A stretch of 35,924 nt of DNA from Fonticula alba ATCC 38817 (lineage: Eukaryota; Protista; Nucleariida): the NCBI GenBank assembly GCA_000388065.2, contig KB932203.1; one strand, given 5' to 3'. Below, in pieces: positions 10,401 to 22,600 of the stretch. The stretch's first letter is position 1, and each line of letters starts with the position of its first letter. The notes beneath the pieces were generated by a model. That model was not told the DNA's origin. It was given only the letters and a program-made list of their open reading frames with translations, and did not search any database. The position numbers and the translations under genes were made by a program.

Positions 10401-12517
10401 CCATGATGGCCGCGGTGGGATCCTTTCTCCCGGATCCGGGTCCGGGTCCAGCACGCCCTTCCTCCGGGCGGACGTCATTTCCTCGGCCAATCGGTTCGTC
10501 ACTCGGCCCAAGCACCTGCGCAAGGACAGTGTCTACTTGTCGGTCATCTTCTTCGACCGCCATATGAAGGTCTTGTCGCACAGCCAGTCCGGGCACCTGC
10601 CGTCGGTGGAGATCTGCCGGAACTACGGCCCACTGGAGGCCGACTCGGATGACTTCGTGTGGGCCTTCCAGCGGTCGCTGGACTACGAGAACACCGTGCA
10701 CGACATGTGCACCTTCCGGCCAGACTCCTCGGCGCAGTACTCCTCGGCCTATCTGGTGCGTACTCCCTGCCACCCCCTCTCTCCTTTGGCTCTCTTTTAG
10801 CGAGTCGCTGTGGCAGTTGTGGCAGTTGTGGCAGCTGTGGCAGTTGTGGCAGTTGTGGCAGTTGTGGCTGCTGCCGCCACCGCTGTCACCGCTGCCACCG
10901 CCGCCACCGCCGCCACCGCCCCCACCGCCGCCACCACCGGCATAGACCGCGGTTGCTGCCTTTCTTGTTTTCATCCTTCCCTCGCCGGAGCTGACACTTC
11001 CCCTCCCCCCCCCCTCCCTCGATGCACCAGACCGACCCCTCTGTGGCGTCGTCCTCCTTCCGCCAGGGATTCCTCCGGGCCGTGGAGCATTTCCTCAGCT
11101 TCGACATTTCCATCTTCGGGTACATGTACGACGCGCCGCTGGTGGTCAGCGACCGACGCGTGACACACTTGATGGTCCTGCGCCCGGTGTCAGCCGCATC
11201 GCCCATCCGCTCGCGGCGGCTGGACTCCGTCATCCAGGGCAGCGACGTGCAGGAAATCAGCCAGCCGGCCCCGGCCCCGGGGCCCGGGGCTCCGGCCCCC
11301 GGGAAGCTCGGCCTCTCCTGGCGCCCGCTGTCGGATCTGATGCTTACCTACCCCGGCGGGCCGTCCTCCGACCACCTGTGGATCAATCTGCCGGCCATCG
11401 TGGCGGCCCGGCGCCCGGCCGTTCCGTTGCCCTGTCTGTCACGCTTCCTTTCGGAGGGCGCCGCCCGGGCGCGGTCCTTCACGCACATGGCCGCCGGCCC
11501 GGTGGTGACCGACACTTCCTCGGCCGCCGCCGATGAGGACGCCCTCATGCGCACTTCCAGCAGCGGGTGTCTCTTCATGCTGACCAGCAGCAGCTCCTCC
11601 GGGGACTTGGTGTCCACCGTGTCCGGGGAGCTGGGCCTGGCGCACCAGGCCGCCGCCTTCACCGAGCCGCGCAGCGATCTCTGCCCGCCGGCCGGTGGTG
11701 TGGCCCCCGGCGCCGGCGGCGCCTCCCTGCGCGGTGGTCCTCTCCTGGGGGCCGGCGGCGGTGGCGGCGGCGGCGGTCCTGGGTCCCTGTCGGGCCCCGG
11801 GCCGGCCACCAGCTGGGCCCTCTCGCCGGTGGTTCTGTCCCTGTCATGCTCGGCCAACTTGGACCAGGCCCGCTTGTGGGAGGCCTCCTCCTGGGCCGAT
11901 GAGCGCCTGCTGTCGGCCGGGGCGGTGGCCGATGACCGGCCGCGCCGGCCGCGCAAGCTCGCCGCCCCGGTGGCCACCCCTGGGCTGTATGTGGCCGTGC
12001 TCCACATCGACAGCAGCCTCAACATCCAAATTGGCGTGCAAATGACCAATGGCTTCCTGCCGCCGATGGCGCGCGTGCGCGAGTCCGGCCTCCTGACCAA
12101 CGCCGAGTGGGCCCTCATCCGGCGGTCCTGCGGCACCGACACACTGGCCGTGGACCCGGGGTCGGCGCATGCCGGCCTCCAGCGGCAGCTACTCCTGGCC
12201 CTGGACAGCCTCGAGGCCCAAACCGGCCTGCACCTCCTGCATCAGTTCCTGTTTACCGAGGAGCCGGTGCGCCTCGGCGGTCCCGGGTCCACGGCCACCG
12301 TGGTTCTCTTTGTCATGCCCATGAGCCAGGGCGGTCGTGGAGGAGGGGGCCCTGGCGGTGGTGGTGGCGCTGGCGGCCGCGGCGGCGGCCCCGGGTCCGG
12401 GTCCCTGCTGCCCCTCGGCGGTGGGCTCGGTGCCGGCCCCGGCGCCGATCACCACCTCGGTGCCAGTGGCAAGGGCTCCGGTCGCAAGTCCTCTCTCAAG
12501 CAGGTGCTCACCCGCTT

Positions 12518-12548
<31 letters not shown>

Positions 12549-14063
12549 AACAGCAATCGCCCCTCGCCCGGTAGCCTCTCCTCCGGCATCGCGGGCGATG
12601 ACGATGGCAGCCTGGCCACCGGTGTGCCGCTGTCCGGCGGCGTGGGGCGCGGCTCCGGCCCGGGGTTCGGCTCTCTGCCGCCCTCCTCCGGGATCATCCT
12701 CAAGCCGCTGCTCCTGACCGACACCCTATACAAGCACATTTTCTTCCGGGCCCGGACGGCGGCCATGCGCCGGCGCACGCGCGACATCAGTGCCCGACTG
12801 GCCTACCTCCACCGGCTGGTGCCGCAGGTGGACGTGGAGCTGGACCTCCTGACGTCGGCCTCGACCCAGCTGATCTTCAGCCAGGCGGCTGCGGCGGCGG
12901 CCGCCGCCTCGGCAAGTGGCCCCCCGGACGGGGAGCCTGCCACCGTGGCGGCTCCCCCCCGGGCGGCCGGCAACCCCTTTGCCATGAGCATTGACTTCTT
13001 GCGGCAGCTGCGTGCGCGCCTGTTGGGGCTCATTTCGCACTTGGAGGCCCGGCGCGAGGCCGACCGGACCGGCTGGCGCCAGCTCGCCTGGTCCTTGAAT
13101 GTCATCGAGTGGGAGCGGCAGCGCGCGTTCACCCGGCTGACGGTCGGCCTGCGCCATGATTACTCCCTCGGCGGCGGGTCGGCCGACCTGCCGCTGGTGG
13201 CTGGTCCCTCGCCGGGCAGCGGCCCGTTGACGCGGTCCCTGAGCACTTCCGGCGCGAGTCCGCTCTCCAATGGCACGCCCTTGTCCGGTGGCGGGGATGC
13301 CGGCGCCGGCGGTGCCGGCCTCCTCTCCGTGGACACGGCGGCCGCCCCGCGGGTGGGCAGCCTCTCCGGCGGCCGGACCTGGGTGTCGCCCTCGGTGCCC
13401 ACCTCGCCGCAGCGTGGTGCTGCTGCCTGGTCGGGGACGGCCACCGCGCCGCGCTTCTCCCGGCCCCTGCCGCCGGCGCCGCCGGCCCCGGGGACCGTTC
13501 GCCTGCCGGGCAGCCTCAGTCCCAGCAGCGGGTTCTCCTCCGGCGGCGTCACCGGCAGCCCGGAGGACACCGAGGCGGTTCTGCAATCGGTCAGCGCCAC
13601 CTTCGGCCTGCGCACGGGCGACCTGCCGCCGGGGGGTGACCGGGTGCACCTGTCGCCGGAGGCGGCCCTGTCGCACAGCTCCCTCGAGGGTGGGGGGGCT
13701 CTCTTCCGGTCGACCTCCGATGCGGGGTGCATCTCGGCCATTCCGCCGGCGGTCGCCGAGCCGGACGCCGGCCGGCTGTCACCGCTGCCCCAGTCCCCGC
13801 TCGAGGCGGAGGAGGGTGCCCAGTGTGGCGGCCGTGCGCCGCTTGCTCCGCGCCGCCCGGCCGGCAGCGCCCCCAGCCGCCTGCCCATGTCGCGGTCCGT
13901 GCCGTTGGAGATGCACCGGCTGTCCTTGCGTGAGCCATGCATCGCCGCCTCCGTTGGTGGTGCTGGTGCTGGCCCTGGGTCTGGCGTCATCGCATCCACC
14001 GGGGCAGGGGCTGGGCCCCTGCTGGGTGGCATGCCGGAGGAGGACGAGCAGGCGGACCAGTAA
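7404..14063 (+). CDS. ANKFN1/WAKE/Banderuola-like protein, ~2046 aa; exons 7404-8831, 9076-10755, 11031-14063 (start could lie further upstream, in or beyond the 6624-7397 gap)
   Basis: Three long ORFs are joined by phase-0 GTGCGT..CAG introns. Five ordered blocks resemble the ANKFN1 C-terminal core as I recall it: SSANRFVTRPKHLRKDSVYLSVIFF..LPSVEI..DDFVW; PGLYVAVLHIDSSLNIQIGV..LPPMARVRE..LTNAEWALI; QRQLLLAL..LFTEEPVRLG..VVLFVMP; LKPLLL..HIFF..VELDLL; FLRQLR..WRQLAWSLNVIEWER. The CDS itself is near certain; the family call is from memory. Confidence 0.7.
8969..9063. repeat. (CGCACA)n then (CA)n microsatellite in intron 1 of the ANKFN1-like gene
   Basis: Read directly between donor 8832 and acceptor 9075. 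Confidence 0.9.
10809..10868. repeat. 9-bp tandem repeat (TGTGGCAGT) x~6.7 in intron 2 of the ANKFN1-like gene, followed by a degenerate (CCACCG/CCGCCA)n tract
   Basis: Units start at 10809, 10818, 10827 (variant), 10836, 10845, 10854 and 10863 (partial). Confidence 0.9.
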
Positions 14064-14563
14064 TGGCAGCAGCTGTTGCTGCTCCCGCGGAACCACGGCC
14101 CCGGTCTCCTGGCCGCCGCCCCCCCCCCCCCTCCCGTTCACCACAGAGGGCAGCCGCTTGCGGCCGGGAGCATGTCCCCCTCCCACTGCGCCGGTGTGGG
14201 TGTTTCCCACGTGCCTCTGCGAACCACTGCCAGCCGCACCGCCGGCCGCGGAGAGAAAGGTCCCCGAGGGAGGAACGAAGAGGGAGCGCGTGCGCGTCTC
14301 TTCCCCCTCTCCCCTCTGCGCGCACGCGTGTTCGTGTGCCATTTTCTCTCTTTCCCTCTCTTTCCTTCCCCCCTCTCGATGTCCGTGTGTCTCTCCCTTC
14401 CTGTTGCACGTCCCCCCCCCCCCCCCCCAGCCATCGCTTGTACATATTCCAAGGGCACACACTCCTTCCCAGCAGTGGCCCGCCTCCTCGCCCTTTTCCC
14501 GATATGCACCTCGCCGCATGCCGCCGCGCGCGCATATTCCCCATGTCCTTGAGCAGCAATATA

Positions 14564-14608
<45 letters not shown>

Positions 14609-16441
14609 TTGGTGCCTTGTGCGCGGGTGAGTGCGGGATGGCACTGTTTCTGGGACATCAGAACGTCACGTCACATGCCCCGCTCCGGCATGACCCAGAC
14701 TTTGCTCGTTGGCGTGCAATGCTTGTCGGGTGGCTCATCAGAGTGGGGGACTCAGGGGGAGGGGGGCGTGTGCGGCGGCTGAAAGTGTGTCCCCGCCCCT
14801 TGCCACCTCCACAACAAGCGGGCCGCGCCCGGCCGAAGGTGGCAAGCCTCCGCGGTAGGCGGCGAGGGGGCGGCCTTGCGCGCGGCCAGATCGCCTGGCC
14901 GAGACCCCGGCCGGGGTCCTCCTGAACGCAATCAGATGCTCGCATCAGGCCTCAGCCCCGTCCTCCCCCCCCCCCCCCCCCCCCCGCCCCCTTCTCCGCC
15001 GCCAGTCAGGCGAAGGGGGCGCGCATTGCCTTTCAGGCGGGGCCGGGGCTCGCGGGGCCGGGCCCGGGGCGCCACACACTGGTGCGCCCGCCGGCCGGTG
15101 ATGCGTTTCGACATTCTTCACGCTCCGGCTCCTGGCGGGAGAGCCTTCTTCTCGCCGGGCCCCTGCGGCCAGGGCTGGCCCGGGGCGGCGGCCGGCCGTC
15201 GAGCGGACAAGTCTTCCCCTGGGCCGGCTGCTGGGCCCGCCCCTGGCAAGCCCAATCTCCAGTATGCAGGTGCATCTGTGTCGGTGTGTGCGTACATACG
15301 TGTTTCAGGTCCGATGGAGCGTGCTTCCCGAATGTACCCCGTTCCACCGCCCCTTTGGGTGCCCCCCCCCCCCCGCCCCCCCGGTGAAACCGCCCCTGCC
15401 GTTGCTAGCTGCGCAGGAGATGGAGACGGCGGTCTCAGCGGTGATGTGTTTGGTCGAGGGATTTCCCCTCGCCACGCCAGAAGCACGGTCTGCCCGCCGG
15501 GGGGGGGGGGGCGAGAACCGGACGACGCGTTGCAGGAGAGCCGGGAAAAGGCCGGGGACAATCCCCTTGCCGTTGTTTATTTTCCGCGGTGGCGGGTCTG
15601 AATGACGGTGCGGCGGTGGTTTCTCCCACGAATTCCTTCCGCCAGGAGGTATGTTTGCCGCTCGCTCCCCCCCTCCCCCCCCGTTCCGTCCCCTCGCCCA
15701 GCCTTCAGCGGGGGGGTGGGGGCTGAGGCGGCCGGGGGCGATCTCACGCGCCCGGGGCCGGACCCCGGAAAGCGAGCCCCCAAGGGACTTGCCTGATTGA
15801 ACCAACTTCCCCCCTCCCCCGGGGGGGGACGGGGGGGAATGCGCGGGGCTGTCTCCCGAGGACCTGCACTAATGCCGGGCGCCAGAAACTCCAAGCTCAC
15901 ACGGCCCTGGGGCGCGGCGCGGCCAGGCACACTCACACAAGCACTTGCAGACACAGAGCCGGCCGTGCCATCAAAACTGGCCCCAGGCCGGACGGCGGCG
16001 CTGGGGCACACGCGTTGACACTCCTCTCCCCCCCCCCCCCTCCTCCCTCGCCTCTTCGCCCGCCTTGCCGGCCCCTCCCTCCNNNNNNNNNNNNNNNNNN
16101 NNNNNNNNNNNNNNNNNNNNNNNNNNNNNNNNNNNNNNNNNNNNNNNNNNNNNNNNNNNNNNNNNNNNNNNNNNNNNNNNNNNNNNNNNNNNNNNNNNNN
16201 NNNNNNNNNNNNNNNNNNNNNNNNNNNNNNNNNNNNNNNNNNNNNNNNNNNNNNNNNNNNNNNNNNNNNNNNNNNNNNNNNNNNNNNNNNNNNNNNNNNN
16301 NNNNNNNNNNNNNNNNNNNNNNNNNNNNNNNNNNNNNNNNNNNNNNNNNNNNNNNNNNNNNNNNNNNNNNNNNNNNNNNNNNNNNNNNNNNNNNNNNNNN
16401 NNNNNNNNNNNNNNNNNNNNNNNNNNNNNNNNCCCCCCCCG

Positions 16442-17301
16442 ATGAAGCTCCACATCGATGTGTTCGACTTGACCAATGTCAAGACCGACAAAGCTCGGCG
16501 CTTGGTGATCGACACCGAATGGACCATCGACCGGGTGCGGGTGGAGGCATACGCCGCGGCACTGGTCCTGCCGCCGCTGTTCGACGACGGCCGCCACCGT
16601 GACCAGGCCTCCCTGCAGGAGGCCCTGCGCCACACGGTCGGCATTTTCGGCATCCAGCTGTGGGCCCGGTCAACCCCGAGCATGGAAATCACCAACATGC
16701 AGCAGCTCACCCTGCTGATGGACAAGTCGGTGCTGGTAACCTTCGGCGGTCGGCCCGGGACCCAGCAGCCGGCCGCCGTGGCCCGACAGATCGCCGCCAT
16801 GGGGGTCAATACCCGGCTTCGGCCCGATGGCCGGGCCCCCACCGACCCGGTGTCGGCTCCCTGCTCGCCGGTGCTGGAGGTGCCGCCCGGGCCGCCCGGC
16901 GGCTTGGGCCTGGCTCCAGGCTTCGCCCCGCCCCCCGGTCCGCCGGGCAGCGGGTTCACCTCGGCCCCGGTGTCGCCACTGGCGCCGGCCGGGGTCGGCG
17001 GCCGCGCCGGGTCCACCGCCGCCGCACTTGGCTTCGGCGAGCCGCCGCCGCCGCCGCCGCCGGCCGGTGCGCCGCGGCCCATGGCTGGCTTTGGCGGCCC
17101 CCCGCCGGGCCCCCCGGGGCCGGGCTTCCACTCGTTGCAGGAGATCACCAACATGACCCCCTTCAAGCGGGGCCAGCTGCTGCTGAAGCTCCGCGACCAG
17201 GATCCCTCGAATAAGGTGCGTCCCTTTGCCCGGCCTCGCGTCGATCTCGGCAATTGCGTGCCTCTCCCCCTGGCCGCCCGTCTGGGGGCACTGTCTGACC
17301 T

Positions 17302-17341
<40 letters not shown>

Positions 17342-17934
17342 TTGGGCTGCCCCCCTCCGGCCCTCCCCCCCGATGGCACCCCTCCCCCCACCATGGCCGC
17401 GCAGACCTGCGTCGACTGTGACACCGACGAGACCGAGTGGGCGGCCACCTCGCACGCGGCCTTCATCTGCATCCACTGCGCGGGGCGCCACCGGCAAGTG
17501 GGTGCTGCCTTGACCGCCTGTCGATCGGTCTCCCTCGACTCCTGGACCCCGCAGATGATCTTCCTTGTGCAGATTGGTGGCAACGGCCGGTGCGCATCGC
17601 TCCTTGCTGCGGCTGTGGGCGCCTTTTCCCCGGCCCGTCTCCGCTTCTTTCCTCTGTCTCCCCCCTCCCTCCCTCTCTCTCTCTCTCGCTCTCTTCTCTT
17701 GGTTAGCTCCCATGGCCCTACTAACGTGCCTCCGCCCATATCACCGTCGCCCCTGGCTGTCTTGGTCCCCAGCTTCCGGCGGCTCCTGGACTCTCTGTCG
17801 GACCTGCCGCGGAAACAGCTCGGCTTCAATCAGGGCCTGGAGCCCTTCCAGGAGCGCTATTCCCACGCCAGTGTCCAACAGTACAAGGCCCGGTTGAAGG
17901 CCGAGCTTGATGAGCTCAGGTACGTCCATACATG

Positions 17935-17966
<32 letters not shown>

Positions 17967-18235
17967 CATCGAAGAGGCGGAGGAGGAGAAGGAGGAGGAG
18001 AGCGAGAGAGGCACATTCCCCTCGTCTGTGCCTTCCCCACCCGCCCTCCGCCTCTTGCACCTCAGTCCCACCCTGCGCTCCCCACGCGTATCTCCTGCCA
18101 CAGACATGCACCCAGCCGCGCGTCTCACTCACTGGCATCTTCTCCCCCCGCCCCCCCCCCTCCCACCCCACCCCACTCGGCAGCCACCTCGACGGGCCCG
18201 CCATCGCTGTCCGCTTCTCTCAGCTGGCTGAGTAG
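16442..18235 (+). CDS. ArfGAP zinc-finger protein with C-terminal GAP domain, ~385 aa; exons 16442-17215, 17405-17589, 17773-17919, 18184-18235 (last acceptor and start less certain)
   Basis: Splicing gives DPSNKTCVDC-x16-CIHC-AGRH-R (the CX2CX16CX2CX4R signature), then RSVSLDSW, GGNGRFRRLL and RYSHASVQQYKARL. Donors are GTGCGT, GTGCGC and GTACGT. Confidence 0.88.
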
Positions 18236-18551
18236 CTCCGGGAGCAAGATGGCCCATCCACGGTCCGGCCCCCGTTCCCCGTCGGCTGGCGGGGTGCTAG
18301 GCCACCACTCACAAATACACACCCGCCTTTTCTCCTGTCGGCTGTTTCCTGGTTGGCTTTTCCCCCCCTCTCTCCCTCCCCTGGGCACCTCCCCCTCCGC
18401 CCGACCCCCCTCCCGGACCAGGGCCCGAGGCGAGGGAGAGGCCAGGCAGGACAAGATCGCGCACGCGTCTCCACCGCTGCCGGCCCTCACCTCGACTGCC
18501 ACTGCCAACAATAACAACGCCCACACCGGAGGCGCCTGCACGGAATATTAT

Positions 18552-18588
<37 letters not shown>

Positions 18589-19628
18589 NNNNNNNNNNNN
18601 NNNNNNNNNNNNNNNNNNNNNNNNNNNNNNNNNNNNNNNNNNNNNNNNNNNNNNNNNNNNNNNNNNNNNNNNNNNNNNNNNNNNNNNNNNNNNNNNNNNN
18701 NNNNNNNNNNNNNNNNNNNNNNNNNNNNNNNNNNNNNNNNNNNNNNNNNNNNNNNNNNNNNNNNNNNNNNNNNNNNNNNNNNNNNNNNNNNNNNNNNNNN
18801 NNNNNNNNNNNNNNNNNNNNNNNNNNNNNNNNNNNNNNNNNNNNNNNNNNNNNNNNNNNNNNNNNNNNNNNNNNNNNNNNNNNNNNNNNNNNNNNNNNNN
18901 NNNNNNNNNNNNNNNNNNNNNNNNNNNNNNNNNNNNNNNNNNNNNNNNNNNNNNNNNNNNNNNNNNNNNNNNNNNNNNNNNNNNNNNNNNNNNNNNNNNN
19001 NNNNNNNNNNNNNNNNNNNNNNNNNNNNNNNNNNNNNNNNNNNCCCCCCCCCCCTGACGCGCCCGCCAGGGCGACACAACGCCGGACATACTGGACACGC
19101 TGCGTGAGAAAATATCCGGGCCCGAGTGCCAATGCTTTGGCGCACACCAGGATCTGGTGCAGCAGAATGCCCGGGCGCCGGCCCGGGCCAAGACACCTCC
19201 GTGCCCGCTGCCGGCGGGACATTTCATTCGCCGGTGTGGGAAGAGAGCCGCCCATCCGGCCAAGGGCCGGGGGCAGGGGCGGCGGCCACCGGTCGCGCGT
19301 ACGCCGACCCCGCCGCGGGTCGGCCTGCGAACCGCCGACCAGGGATAACCGGCGGGTGGGACGCACGCGCGTACGAGCAGCCCCCTGCGGGGGCCGTACG
19401 CGCACGGACACCTCGCAAGGACACACGTACATACACACACAGGCACATCCCCCCCGCCCCCGCTGTGGAGTATTCATATGGCGCCCCAATGCACAGGGGC
19501 TGGGAGATCGCGAGAACAGTCACTTTCCACCACACACCTCTCCCCGCTGCCGCCCCCCCCCCCNNNNNNNNNNNNCCCCCCGCCCCGCCTCGCCTCGCCT
19601 CGCCTCGTCTGACCACCTCCCCCTTGCC

Positions 19629-22600
19629 ATGGCACACTCAGCCGCCGTCGTCAGTACGGCCGGGTGGAGCGCCCGGTTACTCGGGTCCGCCCTTGCACCG
19701 GGAGTGGCGCTGATCACTGCCATGGTGACCTCCCTCCCCGGACCGACTTCCCGGCTGGGCCTGTCCTTCGCCTTGGCCTCGGCCTCGTCCTCGGCGTCCG
19801 GGTCCCTGGAGGACACCAACCCCCTCACCTGCCTGGACCTGGGCCCCACCTGGATGCAGGCCACCTGCATCACGCTGGACTTCGTGGTGTTGCTCCTGTA
19901 CCTGACCATCGCGATCCTATGCATCAAGGCCCTGACTTTGGGCTGGGACTATCGCGACAGCGCCGGGGTCCGGCTCATCCGGCAGCTGCTGTCCCTGGAG
20001 CCGCGCAACACGGTGGAGGTGTCCCACTCGCCCATCGGCGAGGGCTCCATCACCAATAGCAGCATCAACGGCGATGGCACCGACCTCCTTGGCGAGGATG
20101 AGGAGCACGATGTGTGCAGCCCGCTGCTGGCCACCTCCGGGGACATTTATGGCAGCGCGCACCGGTCACTGAGTACGACCACCACCACCACCACCACCAC
20201 CACCACCGCCACCGATTCCCCGGGCGATCTGGCGACCCAGCCGCACGCGCACGCGCACGCGCAGCCCTCCGGGCCGGGCCTCCGGGAGTCCACCCTCAGT
20301 GTCCCGGGCAGCATGGACTTCACGATGTCCTCCTCGCCACATCTGGTGCCCCTGCGAATGGGTGAGCCCCCGGAGCCGGGCCCCTTCTACGCGTCCGTGG
20401 ATGAGACGTCACCGCGGTTGCATGACGAGATGTTCGGGTACGGGCCGTACCGGCACTCGCTGGCCGTGCACCACTACCACCGGTACTCGGCGGCCGGCCT
20501 GCCGGCGTCCTTCTCGGCTGGCGGGTCGGGCACGCCGCACTCTGCCGGCGGCCCGGGCACCCCGCGCGTCGGCGCCCCCATGGCCGGGCCTTCCGACAAG
20601 CGCCAATGGCAGAAGTTCTTCCACCTTTCGCTGTTGCTGGGGTGCATCTGTACGTGAGCATCTGCCGCGCGCCTTCCTCCCGCTCTCGCTGCCGCCATGA
20701 CCCTGCCTCGCCTCCTCCTTCCCCCGTCACACGCACACACACACACACGCTGATTCCAACCCATCCACAGTGCGCATGGTTTACTTTGCCCTCAAGCCCT
20801 TCCTGTCGGTGTCGCTGCCCTTCTACCTGATCACCGACATGGCCACATCGGTGCTCTTTTTCTCGGCCTACAACGTCTTGCTGTACTACTGGGCCGAGAT
20901 GTACCACTCTACCTACGAGCGGACCATTCGCCTGCGGCCCTACTACATCGGCTACATGGGAGCCCTGTGCTTGGTGCTGCTGACCCTCTTCCTGGTCAAT
21001 TGGCTGGCCTACAATCCCTATTGCCTGGGGGGGAATTCGCTGGATGGCAGCGGCTCGGAGCCGTGCAATCCCTCGCTCACGCCGATCGACGTGCGCCGGC
21101 CCTGCCTTTCCCTCTTGCTCGGCTGCTCCCTTTCTCTGCCCTTTTTCTTGCACCCACCTGGCCTGCTCCCGCTGACATCCTGTCCCTCTTTCGTCGTCGT
21201 CGTCGTCGTCGTCGTCTTCATCGTGATTGCTGTCGTCGTCATCTGGCCCACCACCCCACCCGCAGATCGGCATCCAGCTCATCTCCATCATCCAATATGC
21301 GGTCATCTCGCTGGGGTTCTTCGTCTACGGAATACTGCTGTACCAGAAGTTCCGCAAGCTCAGCCAGACCACCACATCCAACCGGTCCAACACCAAAGCC
21401 ATGAACACCGTGCGCCCTGCCTCGCTTTGATGCGGCCTGTACTCACTCCTTCACTCCTTCACTCGTTCACCCACTCGCTCACTCGCTCACTCACTCGCTC
21501 ATCGGCCCGTTCGCCGCCCCCCCCCCTCACCCACCCACCCCGGCCGCTCTTCGTCATTCACATAGCTCCTGATTGTGTCCATCCTCTATCCGACTTTCTT
21601 CCTGGCCCGAGTCATCTTGCTGGTGGTGGTCGTCTTCAAGAGCTACACTCTCGTGTGGTGGTTTAATGCCGTGTACTTCACCCTCCTGGAGGTCCTACCC
21701 ATCTACATCCTGTCGCTGGTGTTCTCCTACAGTCGGATTAGCACTGGCACTGGTGGCACGCCTGGGGTCATGAGCAGCTCGCTGTCCGGCTCGACCACCC
21801 CTTTCGCCTCGCTGACGACCGTGACCCCGCATACGGCCAGTCGCGCGCGCTCCGGCACGGCCCTCGGTGGCCACCAGAAGTCCTCGTCAACCGGTACGGC
21901 GACCACCACCGGGGCCGGCCTCGGCGATGATCCTGCCCAGGCCGGCGGCTCGGCCTACCGACTGAATGATCCTGATCCCTTCGCCAGCCTGCTGGTCGAG
22001 CCGCCACCCCCCGCTGGCGGCAGCATCGATCAGCCGGCCACCCTATCACACCACCACCATCATCATCATCATCACCAGCCCCACCATCTGTCGCAGCACC
22101 ATTCCCATCCCCTGCCAGGGCATCTGATGGGCCCGTCTGCCTTTTCGGCGGTCCCGTCGGCGGCCGTGTCACGCACGAGCAGCTTCCGGGGCGGAGCCCC
22201 GCCGACCATTGTCGGGACGTCGGCCAACCCCGGGCCCCGGTCCCGGCTGCCGACCCTGCTGTCGGCGGCCGATCTCAAACCCAAGCACAATTACCTGGGT
22301 GATCTGCCGGTGGCCAACGAGGCGGGTGGCTCCAGCGCCGGGCCCACCCCTGCCGGGCCCACCCCCCAGGTCCGGTCTCCCATGGACCCGACTGGCCGGG
22401 CGGGCCCTGGCTCGGACTCCGGTTCGAACCCGGGCGGCGAGTCGACCTCGGCCCCCGACCTCGGGGCCCCCTCCGCCAGGCCCGCCGCCACTGCCGGCAC
22501 CTCCACCGCCGGCAGTGGCAGCAGTAGCAGCAGCAACAGCAGCAGCAGCAGCAGCAGCAACACCAGCACCGCCACGGGCCCCGGCGCCCGGCCGGACCTC

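Noticed and set aside
10809-10868. Minus-strand ORF 10393-10974 encodes CHNCHNCHSCHNCHNCH, which looks like tandem CxxCH heme-binding motifs
   Set aside because: It is the translation of a 9-bp DNA repeat inside an intron of the plus-strand gene, and the rest of that ORF is an antisense shadow.
15602-15650. Possible upstream ArfGAP exon (ATG..GAG followed by GTATGT)
   Set aside because: The acceptor would fall in the 16083-16431 gap, so the frame cannot be tested, and the peptide is uninformative.
21091-21265. Poly-Val hydrophobic stretch that looks like an extra TM helix in ORF 20770-21666
   Set aside because: It is a (GTC)n microsatellite within a GTGCGC..CAG intron; splicing restores the TOM1-family alignment in another frame.
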